Shown in pieces: positions 29,132-39,196 of a DNA stretch of 64,000 nt (within the stretch, counting starts at the first letter, position 1; each line of letters begins with the position of its first letter). This DNA comes from Candidatus Uhrbacteria bacterium. GTDB lineage: Bacteria > Patescibacteriota > Patescibacteriia > UBA9934. Both the position numbers and the translations under genes were made by a program. The DNA is taken from assembly GCA_903848275.1 (NCBI GenBank), contig CAINGB010000001.1:1175-65174 (forward strand). The letters run 5' to 3'. Under the pieces are notes generated by a model that saw only the letters and a program-made list of their open reading frames with translations, had not been told where the DNA came from and did no database searches.

Positions 29132-29165
29132 ATTTTATTAGAAGTAGTCTAACCATTTTTAGCAG

Positions 29166-29316
29166 CCCAAAAGGCCAAGTAGCGAGGGGCAGGCCTAACC
29201 TCTTGTAGTCGGGTGACGCGAGCCAGGTCCCCTGCTGGGCGCGGAACGCCTAGTGAGCACCCAGGAGGGTGGCCAAGCGGCAGGACCCGAAGAACTTTCG
29301 CACCCCAAGCCTTGGT
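29166..29316 (+). repeat. GC-rich element, copy D, extended 150-nt form
   Basis: Near-identical to copy C; spurious ORFs 29149..29415 and 29213..29434 derive from it. Confidence 0.85.
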
Positions 29317-29332
29317 CGTAGAGCTAAAATAC

Positions 29333-29827
29333 TTAATTACCAGCTCCGACAAACAAATTATAAATCGCCTTAACAATCGGATCGACATCCGGCCCGTACA
29401 CCATAGCCCCACCAAGCGAACCAGTGATAAGTAATAATGCTAAGCCCAAAATAGACAAGGGAATGGCTACCCATGGCTGCAACATACTTTCTGCCAAACG
29501 GATAATCTGTTCGTTGAAGTACTTACGCAACAACAAAACCAAATGCGACAATGCTAAAATGCCGAAAGCTAAGGTGGTATAAAGGGCAAAGTGATCGTGC
29601 ACCTCTAGTACCTTTGACACCGTACCGTGCTGCTCTGCCGTTTGCTTGAGCAACCAACCAGAAAAGAAAGTCACCACACTGGTCGCTGAGCCAATTATTA
29701 CTAGCGCTGACTTCAACGGGAACCACCAGGTCGCTCGTACTAACTTAGGTAAACGAACCACCTCCACAGCTACATAGACGCTGAGCAAAGCAATTGGGAA
29801 GTGAACAAAGACTGGATGTAGGTCCAT
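29333..29827 (-). CDS. membrane protein (DUF2231-like)
   Basis: N-term HPVFVHFPIALL, 4 TM. Confidence 0.4.
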   Translation of the reverse strand: MDLHPVFVHFPIALLSVYVAVEVVRLPKLVRATWWFPLKSALVIIGSATSVVTFFSGWLLKQTAEQHGTVSKVLEVHDHFALYTTLAFGILALSHLVLLLRKYFNEQIIRLAESMLQPWVAIPLSILGLALLLITGSLGGAMVYGPDVDPIVKAIYNLFVGAGN

Positions 29828-29839
29828 AAATCAATATTA

Positions 29840-30364
29840 TTGTCGAGCTGCTCTAAACAGTATACGATGCACAGTATGAAACGCCAAGGCATCCACATTT
29901 TTAACCGCCCTCTCGGCCTCGTCCTCATCACTGTCTATAAAGTCTTGTGGGGCTTTGTTGAATGTTGTCTTGGCCTCCTGGCTATCTGGTCTGCCTCCCT
30001 TGTTTTTGGCGAATTAGCCGAAGATCCGCAAGACATCTTCGTCAACTTCGTCCTACACCACACCGCCTATTCCACCGGCAGCGCCATCCACGTCGGCGTG
30101 CTCTTCTTCTTACTCGGCTTCACCAAACTCGCCATCGCTTACGGCCTCTGGTATCGCTCCTGGAAAATCCGCCGCACCCTCATCATCTTCCTCTCCATCG
30201 TCACCGTCTTCACCCTCTTTGATTTCGCCATTCACTGGACTTTCTTCAAGGCCTTCGCCCTCCTGGCCGACTTCCTGGTCCTCTATTACCTCTGGCGCAT
30301 CCTCCCGCACCACCTCAAGGATCACGACGTCGGCTTGGTGCCGGAAGTTACAACTCAAACTTAA
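29840..30364 (+). CDS. membrane protein
   Basis: Hydrophobic throughout. Confidence 0.4.
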   Translation: MSSCSKQYTMHSMKRQGIHIFNRPLGLVLITVYKVLWGFVECCLGLLAIWSASLVFGELAEDPQDIFVNFVLHHTAYSTGSAIHVGVLFFLLGFTKLAIAYGLWYRSWKIRRTLIIFLSIVTVFTLFDFAIHWTFFKAFALLADFLVLYYLWRILPHHLKDHDVGLVPEVTTQT

Positions 30365-30371
30365 ATCGTAC

Positions 30372-30400
30372 TTTAATATTCTGTTCAGAAATGATATAAT
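30372..30400 (+). promoter_or_regulatory. candidate sigma-70-type promoter with extended -10 (TGATATAAT)
   Basis: TGnTATAAT at 30392..30400, 17 nt upstream of the 30417 ATG. Confidence 0.35.
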
Positions 30401-30416
30401 CGAACTAACAACGATT

Positions 30417-31088
30417 ATGTCATATACTCAACAAACCAAAAATACAGCTATTAAACTACGTCGACGTGGACTTTCTATTTTAGTAATTGCCGCAAAATTA
30501 CAAATAGCTAAAAGCACCATCTCGCTTTGGGTTAAAGACGTCCCTCTCCCGCTAGAACTTCGTGAGAAATTACAACAAAACTTCGTTAACGGTCGTGCTA
30601 AAGGTTCGGCTATCGGTAAAGCTAAACGAGCCATCGTACGAGAGAACATGACCAAAGCCACAAGTTTAGACGTTGCTCGACTTCCTGATACCAAATCCTT
30701 TTGGCGTCTCGTCGCCGCCCTTCTTTATTGGTGCGAAGGTGGCAAACAAAGTCTCTCCAGCGGAATCAATTTCAGTAACTCAGACCCAGAACTAATGAAG
30801 ACCTTTATCACCGCTCTGCGCCATGGCTTCACTCTAGACGAGTCAAAATTCCGCGTTTTACTTCATTTACACGAATATCATGACGAAGCAAAACAACAAA
30901 CCTTCTGGTCTAAAGTCACTGGCATCCCCATCACCCAATTCCAAAAAACCTATCAAAAGCCCCATACCGGCAAACGTAAACACCTCAATTATGAGGGTTG
31001 TGCATCACTTCGCTACTATAATGCTGGTATTGTCAAAAACCTGATTATCCTATACAGTCAGTTCGCAAAACACAGCGAAGGGACGTAG
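30417..31088 (+). CDS. HTH-domain protein
   Basis: N-terminal HTH (RRRGLSILVIAAKLQIAKSTISLWV); stop codon lies inside tRNA-Trp. Confidence 0.4.
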   Translation: MSYTQQTKNTAIKLRRRGLSILVIAAKLQIAKSTISLWVKDVPLPLELREKLQQNFVNGRAKGSAIGKAKRAIVRENMTKATSLDVARLPDTKSFWRLVAALLYWCEGGKQSLSSGINFSNSDPELMKTFITALRHGFTLDESKFRVLLHLHEYHDEAKQQTFWSKVTGIPITQFQKTYQKPHTGKRKHLNYEGCASLRYYNAGIVKNLIILYSQFAKHSEGT

Positions 31089-31153
31089 TGAAATGGCTAT
31101 CACAAATCTCTCCAAAAGATTTATTCAGGGTTCGAATCCCTGCGTCCCTGCCA
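31079..31153 (+). tRNA. tRNA-Trp (anticodon CCA), CCA encoded
   Basis: Manual fold: perfect acceptor AGGGACG/CGTCCCT, D-stem GTGA/TCAC, anticodon loop CTCCAAA, T-arm CAGGG-TTCGAAT-CCCTG. Confidence 0.9.
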
Positions 31154-31238
31154 AGAGCCGGTTTGGTGTTTATGACCGCTTTCCTAGTGGAAAGTGATCG
31201 GGTTCCGGGAGACCGGAGTCCCATCAAACCAGTTGCTG

Positions 31239-31268
31239 AAAAACCACCACAGTCGTGGTGGTTTTTCA
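31239..31268 (+). terminator. rho-independent terminator after tRNA-Trp
   Basis: AAAAACCACCAC-AGTC-GTGGTGGTTTTT hairpin with T-run. Confidence 0.7.
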
Positions 31269-31311
31269 ATGATTTGAAAGGTATACTCTGTCTGATTTTG
31301 AAAACCTATTT

Positions 31312-33279
31312 ATGGTAATAGACAAGGTCTCAATTCAAAATTTTCGTTCTATTGAAGACGAGACACTTTTTTGTTCCGAGCTTACTGCCCTTGTTGGAAG
31401 AAATGGATCCGGCAAATCGTCATTTTTACGTGCATTAGAATTATTCTATAGCCTCGGACCAAAGGTGGATGCAGAAGATTTTTATAATCGTGACACAAAC
31501 CGAGAGATCGTTATTGCTGTAACTTACAAAGAACTAAATAGTGAGGCTCTTTCACTTTTTGAAAAATACGCACAAGATGGAGCATTGACCGTTGAGAGAG
31601 TCGTTACTCTAAAAGAAGGCAAAGCAAACTTTTCGTACCATGGATCGTCTTTACAAAATGCAAGGTGCACAGATGTGCGTGAGGCACTGACTTTAACTGA
31701 TAAAGCCAAGACTGCAAAAGAGAAGTATACAAAGCTGAAGGCAGAAGCATCGTTCACCACTCTTCCGAATGCCACAACAAAAGAAGCCATAGCTATCGCA
31801 CTGAAGGACTGGGAAACAGCAAATCCTACTCAATGCGAACGTGCCCGCGATGATGGAAAGTTTTTCGGTTTCACTTCTGTGGCAAACGGATACCTTGGGA
31901 GATTCACAAAGTTTTTATTTATTCCTGCAGTCCGTGACGCTTCACAGGACGCAAATGATGGAGCTTCCTCGCCCATAGAGGGGTTAATGAATTTAGTTGT
32001 TCGTAGCGTCCTTGCCAGCAAGCCAGCATTATCCGAATTAAAAAAGTCGACACAGCAACAATTTAGTGAACTCATGGATCCATCAAAGTTAACTGAACTC
32101 AACGATTTGGCTGGCGGTATGACGCAAACTCTCCAGAGTTTTGTGCCAGAAGCAAGTATTGAAATGTCGTGGCAAAAACTTAATGATATTGAATTTCCAC
32201 TCCCTAAAGCAGACACAAAATTAAATCAGGATGGGTATGCATCTCCTGTTGCGCGAGCAGGTCACGGATTACAGAGAGCGTTTATCATCACTGCACTACA
32301 GCATTTAGTTTTAGCACAACAAAAATCCAATTCATCGTCGGATTCATCATCACCGGTTACGCTACCGGTACTTGTTTTGGCAATTGAAGAGCCGGAACTG
32401 TATCAGCATCCAAATAGTCAGCACCATCTGGCAAAAATTATTCTTGAAATCGCGCGAGGTAAAACTCCGGGCGTCGCAGAAAAAACTCAAGTGATCTATG
32501 GAACCCATTCACCATACTTTGTAGGTATTGATCGAATAAATCAAATCAGATTACTCCGGAAACGATCTTCTGCTAGTGTTGCCAATCCGAAGGTGACGCA
32601 TGTTGTCCAAACAGATATAGAAAAAGTTGCTAAAAAAGTTTGGGAGGTAAATGGAAGCATCGGCGCAACGTATACTGGCGCGACCTTACTACCCAGGCTA
32701 GCCTCTATCATGAGCCCGTCCATGAATGAAGGATTTTTCGCCGATGTCGCAGTGTTGGTTGAAGGCGAAGGTGATGTGGCGACTATCACAGGAACAGCAG
32801 AGGCGCTAGGGCATGATTTTGCAAGTCTGGGTATTTCGGTAATAGCTTGTTGCGGTAAAGAAAGTATTGATCGACCAGCGATAATTTTTTCTGATTTAGG
32901 CATTGAAACTTTTGTAGTTTGGGACTCAGACAAGGGAAAGAAAGACGCCAAGAAAGAATTGAACCATAACATGCAGCGACTCGTTGGCGCGAAGCTAGAA
33001 GATTTTCCGCCAACGCAGGTTAGCGATAAATATGCGTGTTTTGAAGTCGAGCTGGAGGATACTCTAAGCAAGGAGATTGGAACGAACTTTGAAACATATT
33101 TGCAGGCTATTCAGAATGAGTTAGGGATTCCAAGACGTAACCAAGCAATTAAGAACCCTGTTGTTATTTCTCGTATACTAAGGGCAGCTAAAGCTAATGG
33201 TGAAAAGTCAGTAACGCTTGAATCAATCGTCGAAAAAATTGTTCAATTAAGGGAGCCTGGTAGATCCTTGAAAGAGTAG
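31312..33279 (+). CDS. OLD-family ATP-dependent nuclease (ABC-type ATPase + C-terminal Toprim)
   Basis: Walker A GRNGSGKSS; Toprim-like VAVLVEGEGDVATITG...VVWDSDKG. Confidence 0.75.
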   Translation: MVIDKVSIQNFRSIEDETLFCSELTALVGRNGSGKSSFLRALELFYSLGPKVDAEDFYNRDTNREIVIAVTYKELNSEALSLFEKYAQDGALTVERVVTLKEGKANFSYHGSSLQNARCTDVREALTLTDKAKTAKEKYTKLKAEASFTTLPNATTKEAIAIALKDWETANPTQCERARDDGKFFGFTSVANGYLGRFTKFLFIPAVRDASQDANDGASSPIEGLMNLVVRSVLASKPALSELKKSTQQQFSELMDPSKLTELNDLAGGMTQTLQSFVPEASIEMSWQKLNDIEFPLPKADTKLNQDGYASPVARAGHGLQRAFIITALQHLVLAQQKSNSSSDSSSPVTLPVLVLAIEEPELYQHPNSQHHLAKIILEIARGKTPGVAEKTQVIYGTHSPYFVGIDRINQIRLLRKRSSASVANPKVTHVVQTDIEKVAKKVWEVNGSIGATYTGATLLPRLASIMSPSMNEGFFADVAVLVEGEGDVATITGTAEALGHDFASLGISVIACCGKESIDRPAIIFSDLGIETFVVWDSDKGKKDAKKELNHNMQRLVGAKLEDFPPTQVSDKYACFEVELEDTLSKEIGTNFETYLQAIQNELGIPRRNQAIKNPVVISRILRAAKANGEKSVTLESIVEKIVQLREPGRSLKE

Positions 33280-33368
33280 TGTTTTTTTGAGAGAATATAG
33301 TTGTTACTAAAAATTCATAAGCTTCTCGAGGGACTTGATAACCGAGCTACCATCTAAATAAATAGCGT

Positions 33369-34931
33369 ATGACTAAGGAGCAAGAACGGACAGAGCTACA
33401 CCGCGCTATTTGGCAGATCGCTAATGATCTTCGTGGAAGCGTAGACGGATGGGATTTCAAGCAGTACGTGCTTGGAATGCTCTTTTATCGTTTTATCAGC
33501 GAGAATTTAACCAACTACATCAACGCCGATGAGCGTCGCGCGGGAAAGCAAAGTTTCGACTATACAAACCTTTCTGATAAAGATGCCGAATTTGGTCGCG
33601 CTGACACGGTGAAAGAAAAAGGGTTTTATATCTTACCAAGTGACCTTTTTGTTAATGTTCGCAGCCATGCCCGCAACAACGCGAACCTTAACGAAGCCCT
33701 TGTAAATGTCTTCCGTAACATCGAAAGTTCCGCGAAGGGATTTGAGAGCGAGGACGACATCAAGGGTTTGTTTCAGGATCTCGACGTTAACTCACCAAAG
33801 CTCGGAAATAGCGTCGAACAGCGAAACCAAAAGCTCGTGAAGCTTCTTGAAGCTATTGGCGATCTTCGTCTTGGAAACTATTCGGACAATAGCATCGATG
33901 CTTTCGGTGACGCATATGAGTATTTAATGGGAATGTACGCTGCGGATGCAGGTCGATCCGGTGGCGAATATTACACCCCACAAGAAGTTAGTGAACTTCT
34001 TGCTGAGATTACCACAGTCGGCAAAACAGAAGTGAATAAAGTTTACGATCCGGCTTGTGGTTCCGGCTCTCTTCTTTTGAAATTTGCCAAGGTACTCGGC
34101 AAAGAAAATGTGCGACAAGGTTTTTACGGTCAAGAGATCAACCTCACCACCTACAACCTTTGCCGCATTAACATGTTCTTGCACGATATTAACTACAACC
34201 ATTTTAATATCGGGCTTGGCGATACCCTCACTGATCCGAAGCACTGGGACGACGAGCCGTTCGATGCCATCGTTTCTAACCCGCCCTATTCCATTAGCTG
34301 GGAGGGCGACGCCAACCCACTGCTGATCAACGACCCTCGATTTGCTCCCGCTGGTGTACTCGCGCCAAAGAGCAAAGCTGACCTCGCCTTTGCCATGCAC
34401 ATGCTCTCTTGGCTCTCAACGAGCGGCACTGCCGCTATCGTTGAGTTCCCGGGAGTTCTTTATCGCGGTGGCGCAGAACGGCAGATTCGTAAATATCTCG
34501 TTGACAATAATTACGTCGACACGGTGATTCAGCTTCCGTCTGATTTGTTTTTCGGTACAACTATTGGTACCTGCATTATTGTGCTCAAAAAGAGCAAAAA
34601 GAATAATAAAACACTTTTTATCGACGCATCGGCTGAATTTGTACGAAGTGGAAACAAAAATAAACTTTCTGATACAAATCGTGCCAGAATTTTGGAGGCG
34701 TTCACAAATCGTCAGGATATTAAGTACTTTGCAAAGCTCGTCGACAACCAAACGGTCGCGGACAATGATTACACTATTGCCGTATCAAGCTATGTTATTG
34801 CTGAAGATACTCGCGAGGCGATAAATATCACGGAACTTAATGCAAAAATTGCAAAGATCGTTTCGAGACAAGGCGAATTACGTACCGCTATCGATGCGAT
34901 CGTAAACGATATTGAGGGGTCAAATAATTGA
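33369..34931 (+). CDS. hsdM: type I restriction-modification N6-adenine DNA methyltransferase subunit HsdM
   Basis: Motif I DPACGSGSLLL, motif IV NPPYS; HsdM N-terminal domain. Confidence 0.9.
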   Translation: MTKEQERTELHRAIWQIANDLRGSVDGWDFKQYVLGMLFYRFISENLTNYINADERRAGKQSFDYTNLSDKDAEFGRADTVKEKGFYILPSDLFVNVRSHARNNANLNEALVNVFRNIESSAKGFESEDDIKGLFQDLDVNSPKLGNSVEQRNQKLVKLLEAIGDLRLGNYSDNSIDAFGDAYEYLMGMYAADAGRSGGEYYTPQEVSELLAEITTVGKTEVNKVYDPACGSGSLLLKFAKVLGKENVRQGFYGQEINLTTYNLCRINMFLHDINYNHFNIGLGDTLTDPKHWDDEPFDAIVSNPPYSISWEGDANPLLINDPRFAPAGVLAPKSKADLAFAMHMLSWLSTSGTAAIVEFPGVLYRGGAERQIRKYLVDNNYVDTVIQLPSDLFFGTTIGTCIIVLKKSKKNNKTLFIDASAEFVRSGNKNKLSDTNRARILEAFTNRQDIKYFAKLVDNQTVADNDYTIAVSSYVIAEDTREAINITELNAKIAKIVSRQGELRTAIDAIVNDIEGSNN

Positions 34932-34935
34932 TCAT

Positions 34936-36156
34936 ATGAGTAAGATTGATCAATTGATTAGTGAATTATGCCCAGAGGGAGTGGAGTTTAAAACGATAGG
35001 AGAATTTGTTGAATTTGCAAAAGGAGCAAGTATTCCTCGAGCCAGAACCTCGGTTGATTATGAAGTTCCGTACCTACATTACGGCGATGTCTACAAGTTG
35101 TATAAAAAAGAGGTCGATCTTGATGTTGTTTATAATTCAATCATTAAGGTCTCATCACATGAGAGAGTTCGCGAAAATCAATATATTCAGACGGGAGATA
35201 TCGTTTATAACCTAACCTCAGAAACGAAAGAGGATTTGGGTAAGGCTATCGTGGTTATCAATAATAGCGGACGGAAATTTATTGCAGGAACCGAAACAAC
35301 TGTAATGAAAATTACACGGAAGGATCTTGTCGATCCATGTTTTTTGAACTATGTGTTGATGACGGAGTGGTATTTGCAGGAGTTCAGACAACATACAACT
35401 GGCACCAAAGTCTACCGTGTTCATCCCCGTGCCATTGCAAAAATCTCGATCCCTCTTCCGCCACTTGTGATTCAAAGAGAGATCGTTAACATTCTTGATA
35501 GGTTCACAGAGCTGGAGACAGAGCTGGAGACAGAGCTGGAGACAGAGCTGGAGACAAGAATGATGCAATACGACTACTATCGTTCAGAGGTTCTGACATC
35601 ATCTGATTCAGAGAGAGCGATATCTGACGTCTGTGGGATTAGTAGAGGAAGAGTGATGTCGAGGGATTATCTCAGAGCGAACGTGGGCGAATATCCGGTT
35701 TATTCTTCGCAAACTGCCAACGATGGAATTTTCGGATACATCGATACTTACGATTACGAAGGTGAATACGTAACCTGGACAACAGACGGAGCGAACGCAG
35801 GATCAATTTTTTACCGCAATGGAAAATTTAGTATCACGAATGTCTGCGGGCTCTTAAAAGTTACCGCTGATGATGTTAATGCAAAATTTCTCACGTATAT
35901 CCTCGGTACTGTTTCAAAAAAATATGTTAGTGCGGGCATGGGAAACCCGAAGCTGATGAGCAACGTTATGGCTAATATCAAGGTGCGAATTCCCACCTTG
36001 ATCGAACAAGAGCGTATCGTAACCTTACTCGACAAATTCGATACCCTAGTGAACGATATCTCCATTGGTCTCCCAGCTGAACTCGCGGCACGTCGAAAAC
36101 AGTATGAGTACTATCGGAGCAAGCTCCTGACTTTCAAAGAATATGCCAAAAGCTAA
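34936..36156 (+). CDS. hsdS: type I R-M specificity subunit HsdS (two target-recognition domains, repeat-bearing central region)
   Basis: Position in hsdM-S-R; overlapping stop/start; conserved central and C-terminal helices; (ELET)4 repeat. Confidence 0.8.
   Translation: MSKIDQLISELCPEGVEFKTIGEFVEFAKGASIPRARTSVDYEVPYLHYGDVYKLYKKEVDLDVVYNSIIKVSSHERVRENQYIQTGDIVYNLTSETKEDLGKAIVVINNSGRKFIAGTETTVMKITRKDLVDPCFLNYVLMTEWYLQEFRQHTTGTKVYRVHPRAIAKISIPLPPLVIQREIVNILDRFTELETELETELETELETRMMQYDYYRSEVLTSSDSERAISDVCGISRGRVMSRDYLRANVGEYPVYSSQTANDGIFGYIDTYDYEGEYVTWTTDGANAGSIFYRNGKFSITNVCGLLKVTADDVNAKFLTYILGTVSKKYVSAGMGNPKLMSNVMANIKVRIPTLIEQERIVTLLDKFDTLVNDISIGLPAELAARRKQYEYYRSKLLTFKEYAKS
35509..35556 (+). 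repeat. 4 x 12-bp perfect tandem repeat GAGCTGGAGACA inside hsdS, encoding (ELET)4
   Basis: Seen directly. Confidence 0.95.
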
Positions 36157-39100
36157 GAAATATAATCTTGTTGCAGAGAGTGCTCAAAGCACGGTCGTCG
36201 CTGAATATACGCCAGACGACAAGCGAGCCTCGTACTATCAAAGCGAGGCTGATCTTGAGCGTGCACTTATTAAACAGCTCGAGGCGCAGGCGTATGAGTA
36301 TGTCGCTATTACCTCTGAGGCGGATTTGGTGGTCAATCTACGTAAGCAGTTGGAGAATTTGAACGACTTTGCTTTTACCGACAGTGAATGGGATCAATTC
36401 TTTGCGGGTGAGATTGCCAATCCAAATCAAAGCATTGAAGAAAAGACGGCTACTATTCAGGAGGATCATATCAGGACTCTCACGCGCGATGATGGAAGCG
36501 TGAAGAATATTTATCTTCTCAAGAAAGACAACGTTCATAACAATAGCGTACAGGTGATTAACCAGTACGCGACCGATGAAGGACGGCGCAGCAACCGTTA
36601 CGATGTTACCGTTCTCGTGAATGGACTCCCAATGGTACACATCGAGCTCAAGCGTCGTGGAGTAGCAATTCAAGAAGCCTTCAATCAGATCAATCGTTAT
36701 CAGCGCGAAAGCTTCTGGGCTGCGGCTGGGCTTTTTGAATACGTTCAGCTGTTTGTTATTTCAAACGGCACACACACGAAGTATTACAGCAATACCACGC
36801 GCTCACAGCATGTTAAAGACAGTGTTGATGGTGCAGTAAAGAAAGGCAAACGCACGAGCAATAGCTTTGAATTCACAAGCTGGTGGGCGGATGCAACGAA
36901 TCGTCCGATTACGGATTTAATGGACTTCGCGAAAACCTTCTTTGCTAAGCACGCGCTTTTGAACATCTTGACTCGTTACTGCGTATTTACAAGCGATCAC
37001 CTGTTGTTAGTGATGCGTCCGTACCAAATCGTAGCGACCGAACGAATTCTCAGTCGTATCGAGATTAGTACGAATTATAAAAAGTTGGGCACCGTGGAGG
37101 CTGGTGGCTACATCTGGCACACCACGGGATCTGGAAAGACGCTCACGAGCTTTAAGACAGCGCAGTTAGCAAGCAAGCTTCCCCACATCGATAAAGTCAT
37201 CTTCGTGGTAGACCGCAAGGATTTGGACTACCAAACCATGCTCGAGTATGACAAATTCGAGAAGGGTGCCGCCAATAGCAACACGAGCACTGCGATTCTT
37301 GGACGCCAGCTCGAAAATTCGAATTCGCGCATCATTGTTACCACCATCCAAAAGCTCGATCGTTTCATCGGTCGCAATTTCAACCACTCAATTTTTGATG
37401 GTCATGTCGTGATTATTTTTGACGAATGCCACCGTTCGCAGTTTGGCGACATGCACACAGCGATCACAAAAGCCTTCAAAAATTATCACCTTTTCGGTTT
37501 TACCGGAACGCCAATTTTTGCTGCCAATGCCTCATCGGGTAGTCATCCTGACCTCAAAACAACAGAACAAGCCTTCGGAGAAAAGCTTCACACCTACACC
37601 ATCGTTGATGCAATTGCCGACAAGAATGTCCTACCCTTTAAGGTTGATTACGTCTCCACCGTTCGCGAAGCAGAAAACATTGAAGATAAGAAAGTTAGCG
37701 ACATTGACCGCGAGGCTATTCTTGCCGCTCCAGAACGGCTATCAAATATCGTTGGTTATATTCGTGAACATTTTGATCAAAAGACAAAGCGCAACAGCTT
37801 CTATCAATTGAAGGATCGGCGACTGGCAGGGTTTAACTCGATCTTTGCTGTTTCTTCAATTGAGATGGCCAAGAAATATTACGCAGAGTTCAAGAAGCAA
37901 CTTGCCGGCATCCCGAGCGATAAGCATTTGAAAATCGCAACTATCTTCAGCTTTGGAGTGAATGACGAAGATGCCGATGGCATGATCGATGAGAACTCGG
38001 AGGACACGAGTGGTCTCGACGTCAGCTCGCGAGACTTCTTGGAGAATGCCATCGTCGACTATAACGCCATGTTCGGCACATCGTACGACACATCAGCTGA
38101 CAAGTTCCAGAATTACTATAAAGACGTAAGTTTGCGGGTGAAGAATCGAGAGATCGACGTACTCATTGTTGTGAACATGTTCCTCACCGGTTTTGATGCA
38201 ACAACGCTCAATACGTTGTGGGTAGATAAGAACCTTCGTTTGCACGGACTGCTCCAAGCATATTCGCGTACAAACCGCATTCTCAATAGTGTAAAAACCT
38301 TCGGCAACATCGTCTGCTTCCGCAACTTAGAAAAAGCAACAAACGAAGCAATCGCGCTTTTTGGCGATAAGGAAGCGAGTGGAATCGTTCTTCTTAAGGC
38401 TTACGCTGATTATTACCACGGTTACAAAAACGAGGGTAAGGAAGTGCGGGGTTATGAAAGCCTGGTAAATGAATTGATGGAAAGATTCCCTGTCGGGGAA
38501 AGAATTCTCGGCGAACAAGATCAAAAGGACTTCATCAAGTTGTACGGTGCAATTTTGCGCGTACGCAACATTTTGACCACCTTCGATGAATTCGCCGGCC
38601 ATGAGATTTTGACCGAACGTGATGTTCAGGACTATCACAGCGCGTACATCGACATTTACAATGAGTTCCGAAAAAACGTAAAAGATGAAAAGGAGAACGT
38701 GAACGACGACGTTGTTTTTGAAATGGAATTAATCAAGCAGGTAGAGATCAATATCGATCACGTTTTGAACCTCATTAAGCAATATCACGAGGATCATACG
38801 AAGAATCGAGAACTTTTGGTTGACATTAATAAGGCGATTGATTCCAGTGTTGAGTTGCGTAACAAAAAGGATCTTCTTAACCAATTCATCACATCGCTTG
38901 ATGTTCATTCGGTGGTTGACAGCGATTGGCGTGAATTCGTGGACAAAAAGAAGCTTGAGGAACTCGAAGAAATTATTGCTCATGAAAATCTTGATCATGA
39001 TGCAACGTTTACCTTCGTGCGGAATGCATTTCGTGACGGCAATATTGTAGGGAATGGAACAGCAATCGCGAAAGTGCTTCCTCCTGTATCTCGCTTCTCC

Positions 39101-39196
39101 CCAACGGGCGAGCGCACGAAAAAGCGCGAGAGCGTCTTGGGGAAACTAACACATTTCTTTGAGAGATTCTTCGACATTTCCGGAGGTGACCTTTAA
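36143..39196 (+). CDS. hsdR: type I restriction enzyme endonuclease/translocase subunit HsdR
   Basis: N-terminal nuclease region, SF2 helicase motifs TGSGKTLTS and FDECHRSQ; 1017 aa. Confidence 0.9.
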   Translation: MPKAKKYNLVAESAQSTVVAEYTPDDKRASYYQSEADLERALIKQLEAQAYEYVAITSEADLVVNLRKQLENLNDFAFTDSEWDQFFAGEIANPNQSIEEKTATIQEDHIRTLTRDDGSVKNIYLLKKDNVHNNSVQVINQYATDEGRRSNRYDVTVLVNGLPMVHIELKRRGVAIQEAFNQINRYQRESFWAAAGLFEYVQLFVISNGTHTKYYSNTTRSQHVKDSVDGAVKKGKRTSNSFEFTSWWADATNRPITDLMDFAKTFFAKHALLNILTRYCVFTSDHLLLVMRPYQIVATERILSRIEISTNYKKLGTVEAGGYIWHTTGSGKTLTSFKTAQLASKLPHIDKVIFVVDRKDLDYQTMLEYDKFEKGAANSNTSTAILGRQLENSNSRIIVTTIQKLDRFIGRNFNHSIFDGHVVIIFDECHRSQFGDMHTAITKAFKNYHLFGFTGTPIFAANASSGSHPDLKTTEQAFGEKLHTYTIVDAIADKNVLPFKVDYVSTVREAENIEDKKVSDIDREAILAAPERLSNIVGYIREHFDQKTKRNSFYQLKDRRLAGFNSIFAVSSIEMAKKYYAEFKKQLAGIPSDKHLKIATIFSFGVNDEDADGMIDENSEDTSGLDVSSRDFLENAIVDYNAMFGTSYDTSADKFQNYYKDVSLRVKNREIDVLIVVNMFLTGFDATTLNTLWVDKNLRLHGLLQAYSRTNRILNSVKTFGNIVCFRNLEKATNEAIALFGDKEASGIVLLKAYADYYHGYKNEGKEVRGYESLVNELMERFPVGERILGEQDQKDFIKLYGAILRVRNILTTFDEFAGHEILTERDVQDYHSAYIDIYNEFRKNVKDEKENVNDDVVFEMELIKQVEINIDHVLNLIKQYHEDHTKNRELLVDINKAIDSSVELRNKKDLLNQFITSLDVHSVVDSDWREFVDKKKLEELEEIIAHENLDHDATFTFVRNAFRDGNIVGNGTAIAKVLPPVSRFSPTGERTKKRESVLGKLTHFFERFFDISGGDL

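Noticed and set aside
30417-31088. Possible LAGLIDADG homing endonuclease (motif LLYWCEGGK)
   Set aside because: Only a single loose motif; N-terminal HTH better explains the protein. Left as an HTH-domain hypothetical.
31088-31318. 76-aa ORF 31088..31318
   Set aside because: Overlaps tRNA-Trp (31079..31153) and its terminator hairpin; no coding signal.
35509-35556. Short direct repeats considered as a possible CRISPR array
   Set aside because: Only 12-bp units with no spacers, inside the hsdS reading frame; it is a coding microsatellite. No CRISPR array was found anywhere in the window.
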